DNA of 64,000 nucleotides. It comes from Eledone cirrhosa. Its lineage: Eukaryota. Under the pieces are notes generated by a model. The model searched no databases. It was not told where the DNA came from and saw only the letters and a program-made list of their open reading frames with translations. The stretch is taken from positions 3,658,001 through 3,722,000 of the forward strand of contig OZ024741.1 in the NCBI GenBank assembly GCA_964016885.1, written 5' to 3'. Both the position numbers and the translations under genes were made by a program. Below are positions 1-10,956 of this stretch, piece after piece (within the stretch, counting starts at the first letter, position 1; each line of letters starts with the position of its first letter).

Positions 1-640
1 GGTTAGACAGGTTGTCCCATTTGAGGCAAGTTGGGTCAGGTGACTGTGTCTTACTCATACAGAACTGTTTCTGGATGGTTTTCTATGGCTGGATGCCCTT
101 CCTAACACCAACCACATTTACAGTGTGGACTGGGTACTTTTTGTTGTGACTCCTACATGACTACTTTACAGTGTGGGCTGGGTACTTTTTGTCATGACTC
201 CCACATGACCACTTTACAGTGTGGGCTGGGTACTTTTTATCATGACCACTTTACAGTGTGGGCTGGGTACTTTTTATCATGACCACTTTACAGTGTGGGC
301 TGGGTACTTTTTGTCATGACTCCCACATGACCACTTTACAACGTGGGCTGGGTACTTTTTGTTGTGACTCCTACATGACTACTTTACAGTGTGGGCTGGG
401 TACTTTTTGTTGTGACTCCTACATGACCACTTTACAGTGTGGGCTGGGTACTTTTTGTCATGACTCCCACATGACCACTTTACAGTGTGGGCTGGGTACT
501 TTTTGTCATGACTCCCACATGACCACTTTACAGTGTGGGCTGGGTACTTTTTGTCATGACTCCCACATGACCACTTTACAATATGGGCTGGGTACTTTTT
601 GTCATGACTCTTACATGACTACTTTACAGTGTGGGCTGGG
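1..640 (-). mobile_element. RTE LINE 3' UTR fragment whose internal motif has expanded into a 48-bp minisatellite (about 11 units, 110-640)
   Basis: Bases 1-135 match the RTE 3' UTR seen at 17630-17770 and 23490-23610 (GGATGCCCTTCCTAACACCAACCACATTTACAGTGTGG). The unit ACTTTACAGTGTGGGCTGGGTACTTTTTGTCATGACTCCCACATGACC then repeats, giving the 16-aa periodicity of ORF 258..677. Confidence 0.85.
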
Positions 641-769
641 AACAGGGACAGTTCATTGTTTTGAATGTGAAAAATGAAATTTACAGTTTATATTTATGCA
701 GATTTAGTTGGCCCCTGGGAGTTTCTAGGGTGTTTTAACAATAGGGAGACCTAATCTTATAATGAAGTG

Positions 770-885
770 TAACATGGCATGAAGAGTCTTGCGTAGGAAC
801 ACAATGCACCACCCGCTCTAAGAATTGAACCTTAAACCTTATGATTGTGAGTCCAGCACCCTAACCATTAAGCCATGTACCTTCA
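770..885 (-). mobile_element. tRNA-derived SINE head, degenerate
   Basis: Reverse strand has A-box-like TGGCTTAATGG and B-box-like GGTTCAATTC; similar to the copies at 4848 and 38692. Confidence 0.65.
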
Positions 886-1010
886 CATTAACAATACAAT
901 ATGTCTTGAAAAATATTATGTTTAAAAAGTGTGTTATCCAGTGTGAACTGTTTAAAAAGTTCTGCTTTCAACAGAAGGAAGTTAATTCAAAAACAGAGAA
1001 ATAAACTCAC

Positions 1011-1152
1011 GTAATTTGATGGTTTTCCGGATAATTACCAAACATCTTCCTCTTCTTCGCTGGAAGGTCGGAGATGTCGTAGAACTCAAGATTGGAAAAT
1101 GAGAGTTTGTGGCAAGGCACACAGCCTAACGAGTAGTTTTCCCAGTTGACAT
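1011..1152 (-). CDS. LAS1L: LAS1L coding exon, last in window: (D)VNWENYSLGCVPCHKLSFSNLEFYDISDLPAKKRKMFGNYPENHQIT
   Basis: TTTCAG acceptor at 1153-1158 and GTGAGT donor at 1005-1010; 142 nt; phase-1 start joins the G ending exon 3227-3304. WQVSTD-VNWENYSLGCVP resembles the conserved LAS1L C-terminal WQV..DV.W...PLG motif (recalled, not searched). Read-through gives an immediate TGA, so it could instead be the terminal coding exon. Confidence 0.8.
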
Positions 1153-1254
1153 CTGAAAGAAAATAAATATTAGAGTCAATAAATATTGTTGTTGTTTAGA
1201 CAGAGGATGGTGGACAGAGAGTAAACTCAGGAAAAAAGTCCTTTGGTTATATCC

Positions 1255-1370
1255 TCAGACTCTTTCTGAATTCAATCCTGACGAGGACAACTTTCATCCT
1301 TCCGGAGTCGATATAATCTACTTTCCCTTTGCCCCTAAATTGCTGGCCTTGTGCCCTCATCAGAAATCAT
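1255..1370 (+). mobile_element. SINE fragment, same family as 38995-39735
   Basis: TTCTGAATTCAATCC...CTTTCATCCTTCCGGAGTCGATA...TTGCTGGCCTTGTGCC matches the other copies. Confidence 0.55.
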
Positions 1371-1415
1371 TCTTTACATACAGTTAACCCTTATTAAGCA
1401 GACAATCCCATATAC

Positions 1416-1630
1416 ATCATCATCATCACCGTTTAATGTCCATTTTTCCACACTAGCATGGGCTAGACAAGTTGCTCTATTGTGAAACAAGCCAGGTTGG
1501 ATGACCAGGACTTGCTCATACAGGACTGATTTGGGCCTGATTTCTACAACTGGATGCCCTTCCAAACACCAACCACATTTACAGCGTGGGCAGGGCACTT
1601 TCGTCATGACACCTACATGACTACTTTACA
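1416..1630 (-). mobile_element. 5'-truncated RTE 3' end with (CAT)n tail
   Basis: CATCATCATCACCGTTTAATGTCCATTTTTCCACACTAGCATGGG terminal motif followed by 3' UTR homology. Confidence 0.85.
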
Positions 1631-1637
1631 CACATAT

Positions 1638-2106
<469 letters not shown>

Positions 2107-2399
2107 TATATATATACACACACTCACACCTCTAATTCATATAACTCTAGCACCACACAGTCCAATGTCTCTTCCTAATTATCTTTGTAAGATAAGGTGT
2201 AATTTGGAGGAGTTTTACTGCTATTTCTTGAAGAAAAGCATCCAAATAGAGGCAACTTCAATGACCTGTGTTACAACAAATTTCATAAGGGGTATAGTCT
2301 ACTAAATCAATCCTAATATATTACTGGTACATATTTTTACTATCTTAAGGAAATTAGCTCATCGACATTAACTTGGCATGGGTTGTATGGGTTATTGTT

Positions 2400-2700
2400 T
2401 TATGAAGGTAGAGAGGTCAGGGGACTACAACTTCTCATATGTTCTGTTTTGGCCTGGTTTTCTATGGTTGGGAGCCCTTCCAAATGACAACCATATTACA
2501 GCGTCTACTGGGAGAGTTTTCCTGGCACTATTACTACCACCTTACAGGGTGGACTGGGTGCTTTTTGTCATGGTACCAGCACAACCTCCTTACAGGGTAG
2601 ATAGGGTACTTTTCATATCCCCGACACTTCCACTTTATGAGGTGGACTGGGGTCTTTTTCATCGTGGCACCAGTACAACCACCTTACAGGGGGGCCTGGG
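2400..2700 (-). mobile_element. Old RTE-type 3' UTR remnant with divergent internal repeats of about 45 bp
   Basis: GGTTTCTATGGTTGGGAGCCCTTCCAAATGACAACC and repeated CCACCCTTACAGGGTGGACTGGGTG resemble the RTE 3' UTR repeat. Confidence 0.5.
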
Positions 2701-2820
2701 AACTAACAGCTTCAATAACATTACTCTCTCTCACTATATTTGTTAAAATACCTTACAACAATGTCTATGGTAAAGGTAGAGGATCCGCAATTTTTATACT
2801 GCAGCCAATATCCACCTTGT

Positions 2821-2995
2821 CTACATCTGTTGTGGTCTACACTACAACCTACAGATATACAAGATAACTACATCTGTTGTGGTCTACACTACAACCTACA
2901 GATATACAAGATAACATCTGTTGTGGTCTACACTACAACCTACAGATATATAAGATAACTACATCTGTTGTGGTCTACACTACAACCTACAGACA
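2821..2995. repeat. 47-bp minisatellite, about 3.7 units
   Basis: Unit CTACATCTGTTGTGGTCTACACTACAACCTACAGATATACAAGATAA. Confidence 0.9.
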
Positions 2996-3226
2996 AAGTG
3001 CATGTTATGTTGGAGAACAGAGTATGACAGTAAACTACCATTTGATTACATCTGGTCACTTCTCTCAAATAAGGGGAATCAGGTGTTGTGTGCAAGACTG
3101 TGATGGTATGGATGTGTAATGTGTTTAGATGATGGTTGTTGGGTGAAGAAGTGCTAGAAGATGTCAGTGGGGAGGTGGGGGAGAGGATGACCAAGATAAA
3201 CGTAAGTAGAATCAAAATGTAAATAC

Positions 3227-3304
3227 CTGTAGAAACTTGCCAGGATGTAAGGACAGTGGAAATAGATTCTGGTTGAGTAGAATTCTGTAAATTGATTATG
3301 ACAT
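3227..3304 (-). CDS. LAS1L: LAS1L coding exon: (D)VIINLQNSTQPESISTVLTSWQVST(D)
   Basis: TTTTCAG acceptor and CAG|GTATTT donor; 78 nt; phase 1-1, compatible with both neighbouring exons. Confidence 0.85.
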
Positions 3305-3331
3305 CTGAAAAGTAAAACATAGCAGATATAT

Positions 3332-3530
3332 ATCATCATCATCATCGTTTAATGAACGTTTTCCACACAAACATGGGTTAGACAGGTTGTCCCAGTTGAG
3401 GAGGCAAGTTTGGTCACGTGACCGTGTCTTCCTCATACAGAACTGTTTCTGGCTTGATTTCTACAGCTGGATACCCTTCCTAATGCTAACCACATTTACA
3501 GTGTGGGCTGGGTGCTTTTTGTTGTGTATC
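3332..3530 (-). mobile_element. 5'-truncated RTE 3' end
   Basis: (ATC)n tail, CGTTTAA...CATGGGTTAGACAGGTTGTCC, and the GGATACCCTTCCTAATGCTAACCACATTTACAGTGTGG motif. Confidence 0.85.
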
Positions 3531-3536
3531 TATATA

Positions 3537-4836
3537 CGAGGGGTATCAAAAAGTTTCCGGTCTAGCTCTATAGCACACCAACAGATGGCAGCACAGGGTT
3601 GCGTGCGCAGTGAAAGTTAACTGTAAAAGTCATAAATCAGTGTACCAAGTGACATCGTTGTGTTTACATCGTGAGTTGTTAAATTGGTGTTTTTCTGATC
3701 ACATCCTTTGTACAAGTCTGCTATTACATAATGGACATCAAGTTGGAACAAAGAGCCAACGTGAAATTTTGTGTGAAACATGGAAAATCAGCCACAGAGA
3801 CATTGAACATGCTTCCGCAAGCTTACTGTCAGGAGGCAATGGATTGTTCCCAATGTTTCAAATGGCACAGACACTTCCAAAGCAGAACATCTCTGGAGGT
3901 CAACGACTGATCTGGAAGACCTTTGACAAACTCCAATCCCAGAAAGGTTGAAAAAATTAAACAACTTGTGTTTGAGAATCATTGGAGGATGATCAATGAC
4001 TTTGCTAACATTGTTGGGCTGTCGTATGGGTGCAGGCAATCCTAACAACTGAACATGTGGTGGGTCGCTGTCAAGTTTGCTCCCCACCTGCTGACATAGG
4101 ATCAGAAGGAAAATCGTGTCAGAGTTTACCAAGAACTCAAATGGGGTGCAGTGGATGAGACATCATTAATTGAAGGATCATCACTGGGGACAAGTCTTGG
4201 GTTTACGGGTATGATCCAGAGACAAAGTAGCAGTCAATACAATGGAAGATGCCATCAACTTTACATCTGAAGAAGGCGAGACAGAGCCACAGTTCAATCA
4301 AGACCATGCTCATCATCTTTTTCGACATCCATGTCATTGCTCATCGAGAATTCCTTCCCCCAGAGCCAGACCATCAAAAAAGTGTTTTAATGCAAAGTTT
4401 TGAGGTATTTGAGAATATTCAGCAAAAACAACTGGATCTGTGGCAGACGAAGAACTGGATTCTCAATGACAACAATCCACCATGTCACCAAGCATTCATC
4501 ATCTGTCATCACCAAACATAATATGCCATCACTTCTACATCCACTCTCCTCACCAGATTTAGCTCCTGCGGACTTCTTCCTTTTCCTGAAGATGAAAATC
4601 AAGCTAAAAGGTTGCTGTTTTAACACCATTGCCGATCCAGCATGAATTGCAGAAGTTCTCGACAAGATTACAAAAGATGACTTCAAACCCATATTCCAGG
4701 AGTGGCAGAAACGCTGGGATCAATGCATTGCAGTGTGCAAGGGGACTATTTCGAAGGAGATGGTGTTTAAACTTATGTAAAATAAAGTCCTTTTTTAAAT
4801 AATGAGAAAGCCTGGAAACTTTTTGACTTACCCTCA
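3537..4836 (+). mobile_element. Full-length but decayed mariner (Tc1/mariner) DNA transposon
   Basis: TA-flanked imperfect TIRs CGAGGGGTATCAAAAAGTTTCCGG / CCTGGAAACTTTTTGACTTACCCTCA; length 1.3 kb. Confidence 0.9.
3731..4770 (+). pseudogene. Mariner transposase pseudogene with multiple stops and frameshifts
   Basis: Fragments MDIKLEQRANVKFCVK.GKSATETL, IITGDKSWVYGYDPETK*QS.QW, KTMLIIFFD, DNNPPCH, HPLSSPDLAPADFFLF and GDYFEGD lie in different frames. Confidence 0.9.
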
Positions 4837-4847
4837 TATATATATAT

Positions 4848-4990
4848 AGGCGCATACCTTAGTGGTTAGAGCATTGGGCTTGCAATCGAAAGGTTGTGAG
4901 TTCAATTCTCAAACCGAGTGATGTGTTGTTTCCTTGAGCAAGACACTTTATTTCAAATTGCTCCAGTTTGCTCAGCTGTAGAAATGAGAT
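4848..4990 (+). mobile_element. tRNA-derived SINE head plus CORE-like domain
   Basis: CCTTAGTGGTTAGAGCATTGG...GAGTTCAATTC (A/B boxes), then TCCTTGAGCAAGACACTTTATTTC. Confidence 0.7.
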
Positions 4991-5011
4991 GATAGGACTG
5001 GGGTCCCTATA

Positions 5012-5290
5012 ATTCCACTGCAAAGTGGTCGTGGAGGTGCCACGGCAAAAATGTACCCAGCCCACACTGCAAAGTGGACATGGAGGCGCCACGGAAAAGA
5101 GCACCCAGCACTCACTGTAAATGAGGTTGGTGTTAGGAAGGGCATCCAGCTGTAGAAATCAAGCCAGAATCAGTTCCCGTATGAGCAAGACAAGGTAAGC
5201 CGACTGGACAGTGCCCACAACAGGACAACCCGTCTAACCCATGCTAGCGTGGAAGAACGGACGTAAGATGATGATGATGATGATGATGAT
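5012..5290 (+). mobile_element. RTE 3' UTR fragment, same subfamily as 17581-20558, with (GAT)n tail
   Basis: Reverse complement of 17581-17850; ends CCATGCTAGCGTGGAAGAACGGACGTAAGATGATGAT. Confidence 0.9.
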
Positions 5291-5309
5291 ATATATATAT
5301 ATATATATA

Positions 5310-6413
5310 AACTTGTCTAAGACTAGAGTTCTAGTATGTAGAAAGGAAAATGGCTATGCTCAGTGTATAAGAAGGGAGTAGGTAAAAATTCCATTCTATG
5401 CCCCAAATGCAAACTATGGGTACATAAAAGATGTAGTGGGATCACAGGCAAGCTATCTAAGAATGTAGATTTTATGTGGGAGATGCTCAGGTGCAGTAAG
5501 TAGCAAGTGCCCACAGGATACTAGCTCCTTCTATTGCCCAGATGGTTCTATAGAAATAGTAGACACTTTCCGTTACCTGGGTGACAAAATCAGCAGTGGT
5601 GGAGGGTGTTCTGAAAGTACAGTAGCTCGAGTCAGAACAGGATGGAAAAAGTTCAGAGAGCTTATACCGCTGTTGGCCACAAAAGGTTTCTCTCTAAAAA
5701 TGAAAGGCAGATTGTATGATGCTTGTATAGGAACAACAATGTTACATGGCAGTGAGACATGGGCATTGTGTGCAGAGGATCTGCGCAGACTGGAGAGGAA
5801 CGAAGCATGCATGCTCCGTTGGATGTGTAATAGTATTATACACAAACGGCAAAACATAAATGAACCAAGTGATAAATTAGGAATAAGTGGGATTAGATGC
5901 AGTTTACTTGAGAGAAGACTACGTTAGTATGGTCATGTGATGCGCATGAAAGACGACAGCTGTATAAAAAAGTGCAGGGCGATCAAAATTGACGGAAGCT
6001 ATGGAGTAAAAAACCTGGGGCATGATAAAAACTGACCTTGCACACTTACACCTCTCTAAGACAATGTCACTGGATTGAGATCTTTGGTGTTATGCCGTAA
6101 TACAGAAGACCCACCTTCCCTTACGTACAAAGTTAACCTACAGTCAGTAGGTACCTCTTAACCCAATATACACCCCAACCCACTACCCCTACTTCCACCA
6201 ATACCACCCTTTCTCTGTAAAGTTATGTTGGTACCACAGAACATGCAGTCCACGCTGTAATGTGGTTGGTGTTAGGAAGGGCATCCAGCCGTAGAAAACC
6301 TGCCAGATAGTCCTATATGAGCGAGACACGGTCACCCGACCAATCTTGTCTCAAGTGAGACAAACCCGTCTAACCCATGCTAGTGTGGAAGACGGACATT
6401 AAACGATGATGAT
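5310..6413 (+). mobile_element. 5'-truncated decayed RTE LINE (RT C-terminus, PHD finger, 3' UTR)
   Basis: NSILCPKCKLWVHKRCSGITG, DTFRYLGDKISSGGG and KGRLYDACIGTTMLHGSETW with frameshifts and stops; (GAT)n tail. Confidence 0.92.
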
Positions 6414-6584
6414 ATATATATCATCATGATGATATATCATCATCATTACTGTTTAACATCCATCTTCCACGCAAGCATGGGTTTTAGTTCTAATTCATTT
6501 CTGTTATCAATGGTGTAATATTCTTGGACATACACATGATATTATAAAATATAAGATTATAATAATTTTAGGCTATATTGTATA

Positions 6585-7537
6585 TAGACATGAAAAATGC
6601 GCAAGCTCAAAAGTGCCACAGAATGTTATAATAAACCTTCAAAAGTGTGGGACTAGAGTTGTTGCTAAAAAATATTGTAATCATTATATATCGTACATTC
6701 TGTGGCATCCTTTATAAAAATAGCTTAAACCAACGAAGCCTTTATTTTTACGCTATTTCACTTAGTTAATTCTTAGAGTGTAACATATAAAAATATGATT
6801 TACAACTATAAAATAAATTAATTAATATAATAACAGAGCTGCGGAGCTGAAATTTAGGAAATAATGGAGTATCGGATCCTGAGTTGGAGCCAGTCAATTT
6901 TTAGCCGACTCCGCAGCCCTGTATAATACATTTCATATTAAAGTTATTAATAAACCTATTTTACACTGCATGCAAATTACCATGAGATATTGATATTAGA
7001 TATAAGATACAGCGCAATATCTACAGCTGTAAAAGTACGAAAGCGAAGTAATAATAAGTGGCTTAAGGTAATTCCAATATGAAAGTTTGTAGTGATAAAA
7101 ATTTGATAATGCAATACGATTGTTAATATTATAGTTCTATGAAAATGTAACAATAGATAACTAAATTATTTTACTATTAGTATATTTAAGAAATTATCAT
7201 TATAGATTTGATCGTTCATATAAGCATCATATTAATTTTCAACACAATTATTTTGTTACTATGAGTATATGATAATAATATTACGTAATTATTTATAGCT
7301 GTTATTACATTAAACATAGATGTATTTATTTTTATATGTTACACTCTAAGAATTAACTAAGTGAAATAGCGTAAAAATAAAGGCTTCGTTGGTTTAAGCT
7401 ATTTTTATAAAGGATGCCACAGAATGTATGATATATAATGATTACAATATTTTTTAGCAACAACTCTAGTCCCACACTTTTGAAGGTTTATTATAACATT
7501 CTGTGGCACTTTTGAGCTTGCGCATTTTTCATGTCTA
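6585..7537. repeat. Long inverted repeat with 211-bp arms (6585-6795 / 7327-7537); foldback or MITE-like
   Basis: The arms are reverse complements with one visible CG/TG mismatch; AT-rich 531-bp spacer; TA at both outer ends. Confidence 0.9.
6834..6921. mobile_element. 88-bp hAT-like miniature element
   Basis: TIRs CAGAGCTGCGGAG / CTCCGCAGCCCTG; flanks TATAATAA / TATAATAC match at 7 of 8 positions (8-bp TSD). Confidence 0.65.
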
Positions 7538-8134
7538 GTTTAATATTTTTTTAAGGCAACGCTTGTAATAACTCTAGTTAAACAGGATATATATTAATAA
7601 TAAATTATCGTTGTAATGTAATTAGATTATGTAATTGTTATTATAAATTATCTTATAAATATTAGTGTAAGATGTATAAAAATATTTTCAGACTTTTAAT
7701 ATAAACAACTACAAAAAAACAATCAATATTAAATCAATATATTATACATAATAGAAGACATAAAATAAACAATACAAATACAAAATATTTACATACAATT
7801 GCAATTATCAGTGTATATACATTTTCTTTATATTCCCTGAGCAAATTAATAAGATTTGTTTTTATTGTACATAATTTGATGACTTGTTGGTGTGTATTAA
7901 AAGATAGCAACAATTTGTGATTAAATTGTTATCTTAAGCAACTCACTTTTTAATAGTTGTTGGCTGAGCGAAATTGTAAAAGCCTATGAGCAAATATAAA
8001 AAAAAATACACAAACAACATTTCCTTGTGTTATTACAACATTAGATAAAATAATTGAGCAATGTCGTTATATTTTGCTCTTATTGCACATTAATAGTGTT
8101 TCTATTTTTCGGCACAAATCCATTACGGCAGTCC

Positions 8135-8260
8135 ATTACTGGTACTTTATTTTATCGAATTAGTAAGTATGAAAGTCGAAGTTAACCTCGGCAGGATTTG
8201 AACTTAGAATGCAAAGGACCATAACAATACTGCAAAGCATGGTGTCTGACGCTCTACCAA
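8135..8260 (-). mobile_element. SINE copy; related fragments at about 9183-9235 and 11595-11740
   Basis: TACTGGTACTTTATTTTATCGA...AAAGTTAACCTCGGCAGGATTTGAAC-like sequence is the reverse complement of the body seen at 39600-39700. Confidence 0.7.
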
Positions 8261-8766
8261 TACTTGTGTTGAGCTGGTCATTAATTTATGGTGGTCGTGC
8301 GTGGAGTAGAGCAATCGCTAGTTGAAATATTATGAACAAAACATTTTTATTTGCCGAAGAACATATTTTCAATACTGTTTGTGAATGTGACGAAGGAAAT
8401 ACATTCTGATATGGAACAGTGTACAAAGTGTGTCTGTGAATAACATAATGTTACCTCATGTTGTTGTCAAGACATAATGGATTTCGTTTATCCAGTTAGA
8501 AGATGAAACCTAGCCATCTCGGATTAGTTATATTTCATGCCATGTGTAAACGTGTTTGAGGATAGCAAAATATGCGTGTTTCTTGTCTGGAAACTTTCTG
8601 CTAAACAAATTTGTTTCAGTATATATTTAATATAATATTAATATATTTTGTAATATTATTAACTAATTATTATAATTAGCGCTTCAGGCTTTGTCTATAT
8701 ACTGAAACAAATTTGTAAGTCATTACCTAATTAAACTCTTTGCTTGAAATTTTATCATTCTTCGTT

Positions 8767-8808
<42 letters not shown>

Positions 8809-10131
8809 TTTATCTAGTCCTTCGCTCAAGATTAATCTATAAGTTTAGATGTCTGCCTTCGTTTAAGTAAATATTACAGTAAGATTTTTAATATAAACAA
8901 CTACAAAAAACAATTAATATTAAAACGAAAAAATTATCAATGATAAAAGAAGCGGATGCAACTTTTTTTTTTTATAAAGTTATATTCCTGTTTCTTTAAA
9001 GAACATTTCATTTTTGTTCTATTGTAGGCGAAATAATGCAATGGTTTAATAGGGAAGATATAACTTACCAATTTATGTCTCTAACCGTGTAACGCTTTTT
9101 AAGTAGATAACTACAATTGAAAATACTAAAGAAATGGAACCAACAATTCAATTTGAAAGTCGTCTACTTATAGTGACAGTGTATTACTGGTACTTTATTT
9201 TATCGACCCCGTAACGATGAAATGCAAATGCTTAAAATTTAAATTGCCTTAATTCTATCGTCTGCTGTTTCATTAAAGGGAGATTCTCGTCTGTATTTAA
9301 TTCTATCGTCTACTGTTCCACTAAACAGATATACCTCCACTATCGTCTCGATTTATACATTTTAACTTATAACTTATACACATTTGATTTGAAATATTTT
9401 ATCTAGTCCCCCCTCTCAATATTATGATGATTTCTTTCGAATGAAACAGTTCTAGTCCTGTAGAAGCCATTTATATATATAATTGAACTGAGTTAAAAAT
9501 TCACAATATTTATAATTAAATAAGCTCATATATATATGTGTATTTATCTGTTTATTGTATTATATATAATGTGTGTATATACAGGATGTCCCCCCAAAAT
9601 ATATACACACTTCAACAGCATTCTAATAACTATTGCCTGTACAGGTAATCAAAGTGTCAATCGAATGTTAGTTTCGTGTTTTAACAGTACAAATTTACAA
9701 TACACACATAAAACCAGTGTATATACATACATGAGTGTGTATACACATACATGAATGTGTATATACAATATATATGTATATATATATAGACACATATATT
9801 CACGGTGCAACGGAACATTAAAATATAGATGCGGGAGGGGGGGTGTATATATATAGGGGCGCTGGGGATAAAGGAGTGTAAAGCGTGTGTAATTGATATA
9901 TTGAAGGAGAGGAGCGTGCAGCGATAGAGTAACAAATATATAGAGAGGGGGAGAGATGGTATTGAAGGGGAGGAGTGCAAAGAGTAAGAGAGATATATAT
10001 AGAGACGGAACAGATAGAGAGAAACAGGCGTAAGTAACAGTGGAAGAGATATATAGAGAGGGGGAAATGTGTTATTGAAGGGGAGGAGTGTAAAGCGAAA
10101 GCGTAAGATATATATAGAGAGAGGGGGAATA

Positions 10132-10177
<46 letters not shown>

Positions 10178-10542
10178 ACACTTACTCTGATTGGTTGAAA
10201 ATTAGCCAATGACATACGATCACCACCACCACGGCTATCCCCGAAAAATTTATGAAGAAGCTAGGCATATATGTTAGAACACGAAAAGTGAACATTCTGT
10301 TGTTTCACACTTTTCGTGTTCTAACAGATATGTAGATTACCAAGTTGTGTGTGGGGTAACCACAGTTAAAAAAGTACTCAATACATTGGCAGAGTATAGG
10401 CATTCTTTTATATTTTATATAGAAATGATGTCTACTGGACTAGAACTGTTTCCTTCCCGATGATTTCATATGAACGAAACAGTTCTAGTCCTGTAGAAGC
10501 CATTTCTATATTAAAATTTTAAACAAAATAAATATACAATGG

Positions 10543-10690
10543 CAGTGCCCCAATAGTGCTCCAGCAATGCCTCAGCACTGCTCCAATAGTGCTCCAGCAA
10601 TGCTCCAGCAGTGCCCCAATAGTGCTCCAGCAGTGCCTCAGCAGTGCCCCAATAGTGCCCCAGCAGCGCCCCAATAGTGCCCTAGCATGG
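10543..10690. repeat. 11/22-bp degenerate minisatellite (CAGTGCCCCAA/TAGTGCTCCAG)
   Basis: Read directly; about 13 11-mers. Confidence 0.8.
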
Positions 10691-10792
10691 CCTCAACCTG
10701 TCAGCTGGAACACATAAGAGAAGCAATAGAATACTGTATATAGACTAGCACTACAGTGAATTATGGTAAGATAGAAGAGATTGGTTACTTAC

Positions 10793-10956
10793 CATCAACT
10801 GTGTGGTGGCTCCTACTATTGTTTAGTTCCCCATTGGTGTCATTTGGAACATCAAGGGAGCTGTTTGTCAGGTTCTGTGACAGGTAAATGTTAATCAACT
10901 CCAACAGGTGGTTTTGTTGCTTCTCTTGAAAATGTCCTTCACATTCAGTCAACAGC
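10793..10956 (-). CDS. LAS1L: LAS1L coding exon: LLTECEGHFQEKQQNHLLELINIYLSQNLTNSSLDVPNDTNGELNNSRSHHTVD
   Basis: TACAG acceptor and G|GTAAGT donor; 164 nt; phase 2-1, fitting both neighbours. EKQQNHLLELINIY resembles vertebrate LAS1L EEQEKLLRICSIY (recalled). Confidence 0.85.

Noticed and set aside
10436-10492. Second hammerhead (CCGATGA..GAAAC); similar weak motifs near 9424 and 11440-11535
   Set aside because: The core is mutated and no stem I can be formed; better explained as a local inverted duplication.
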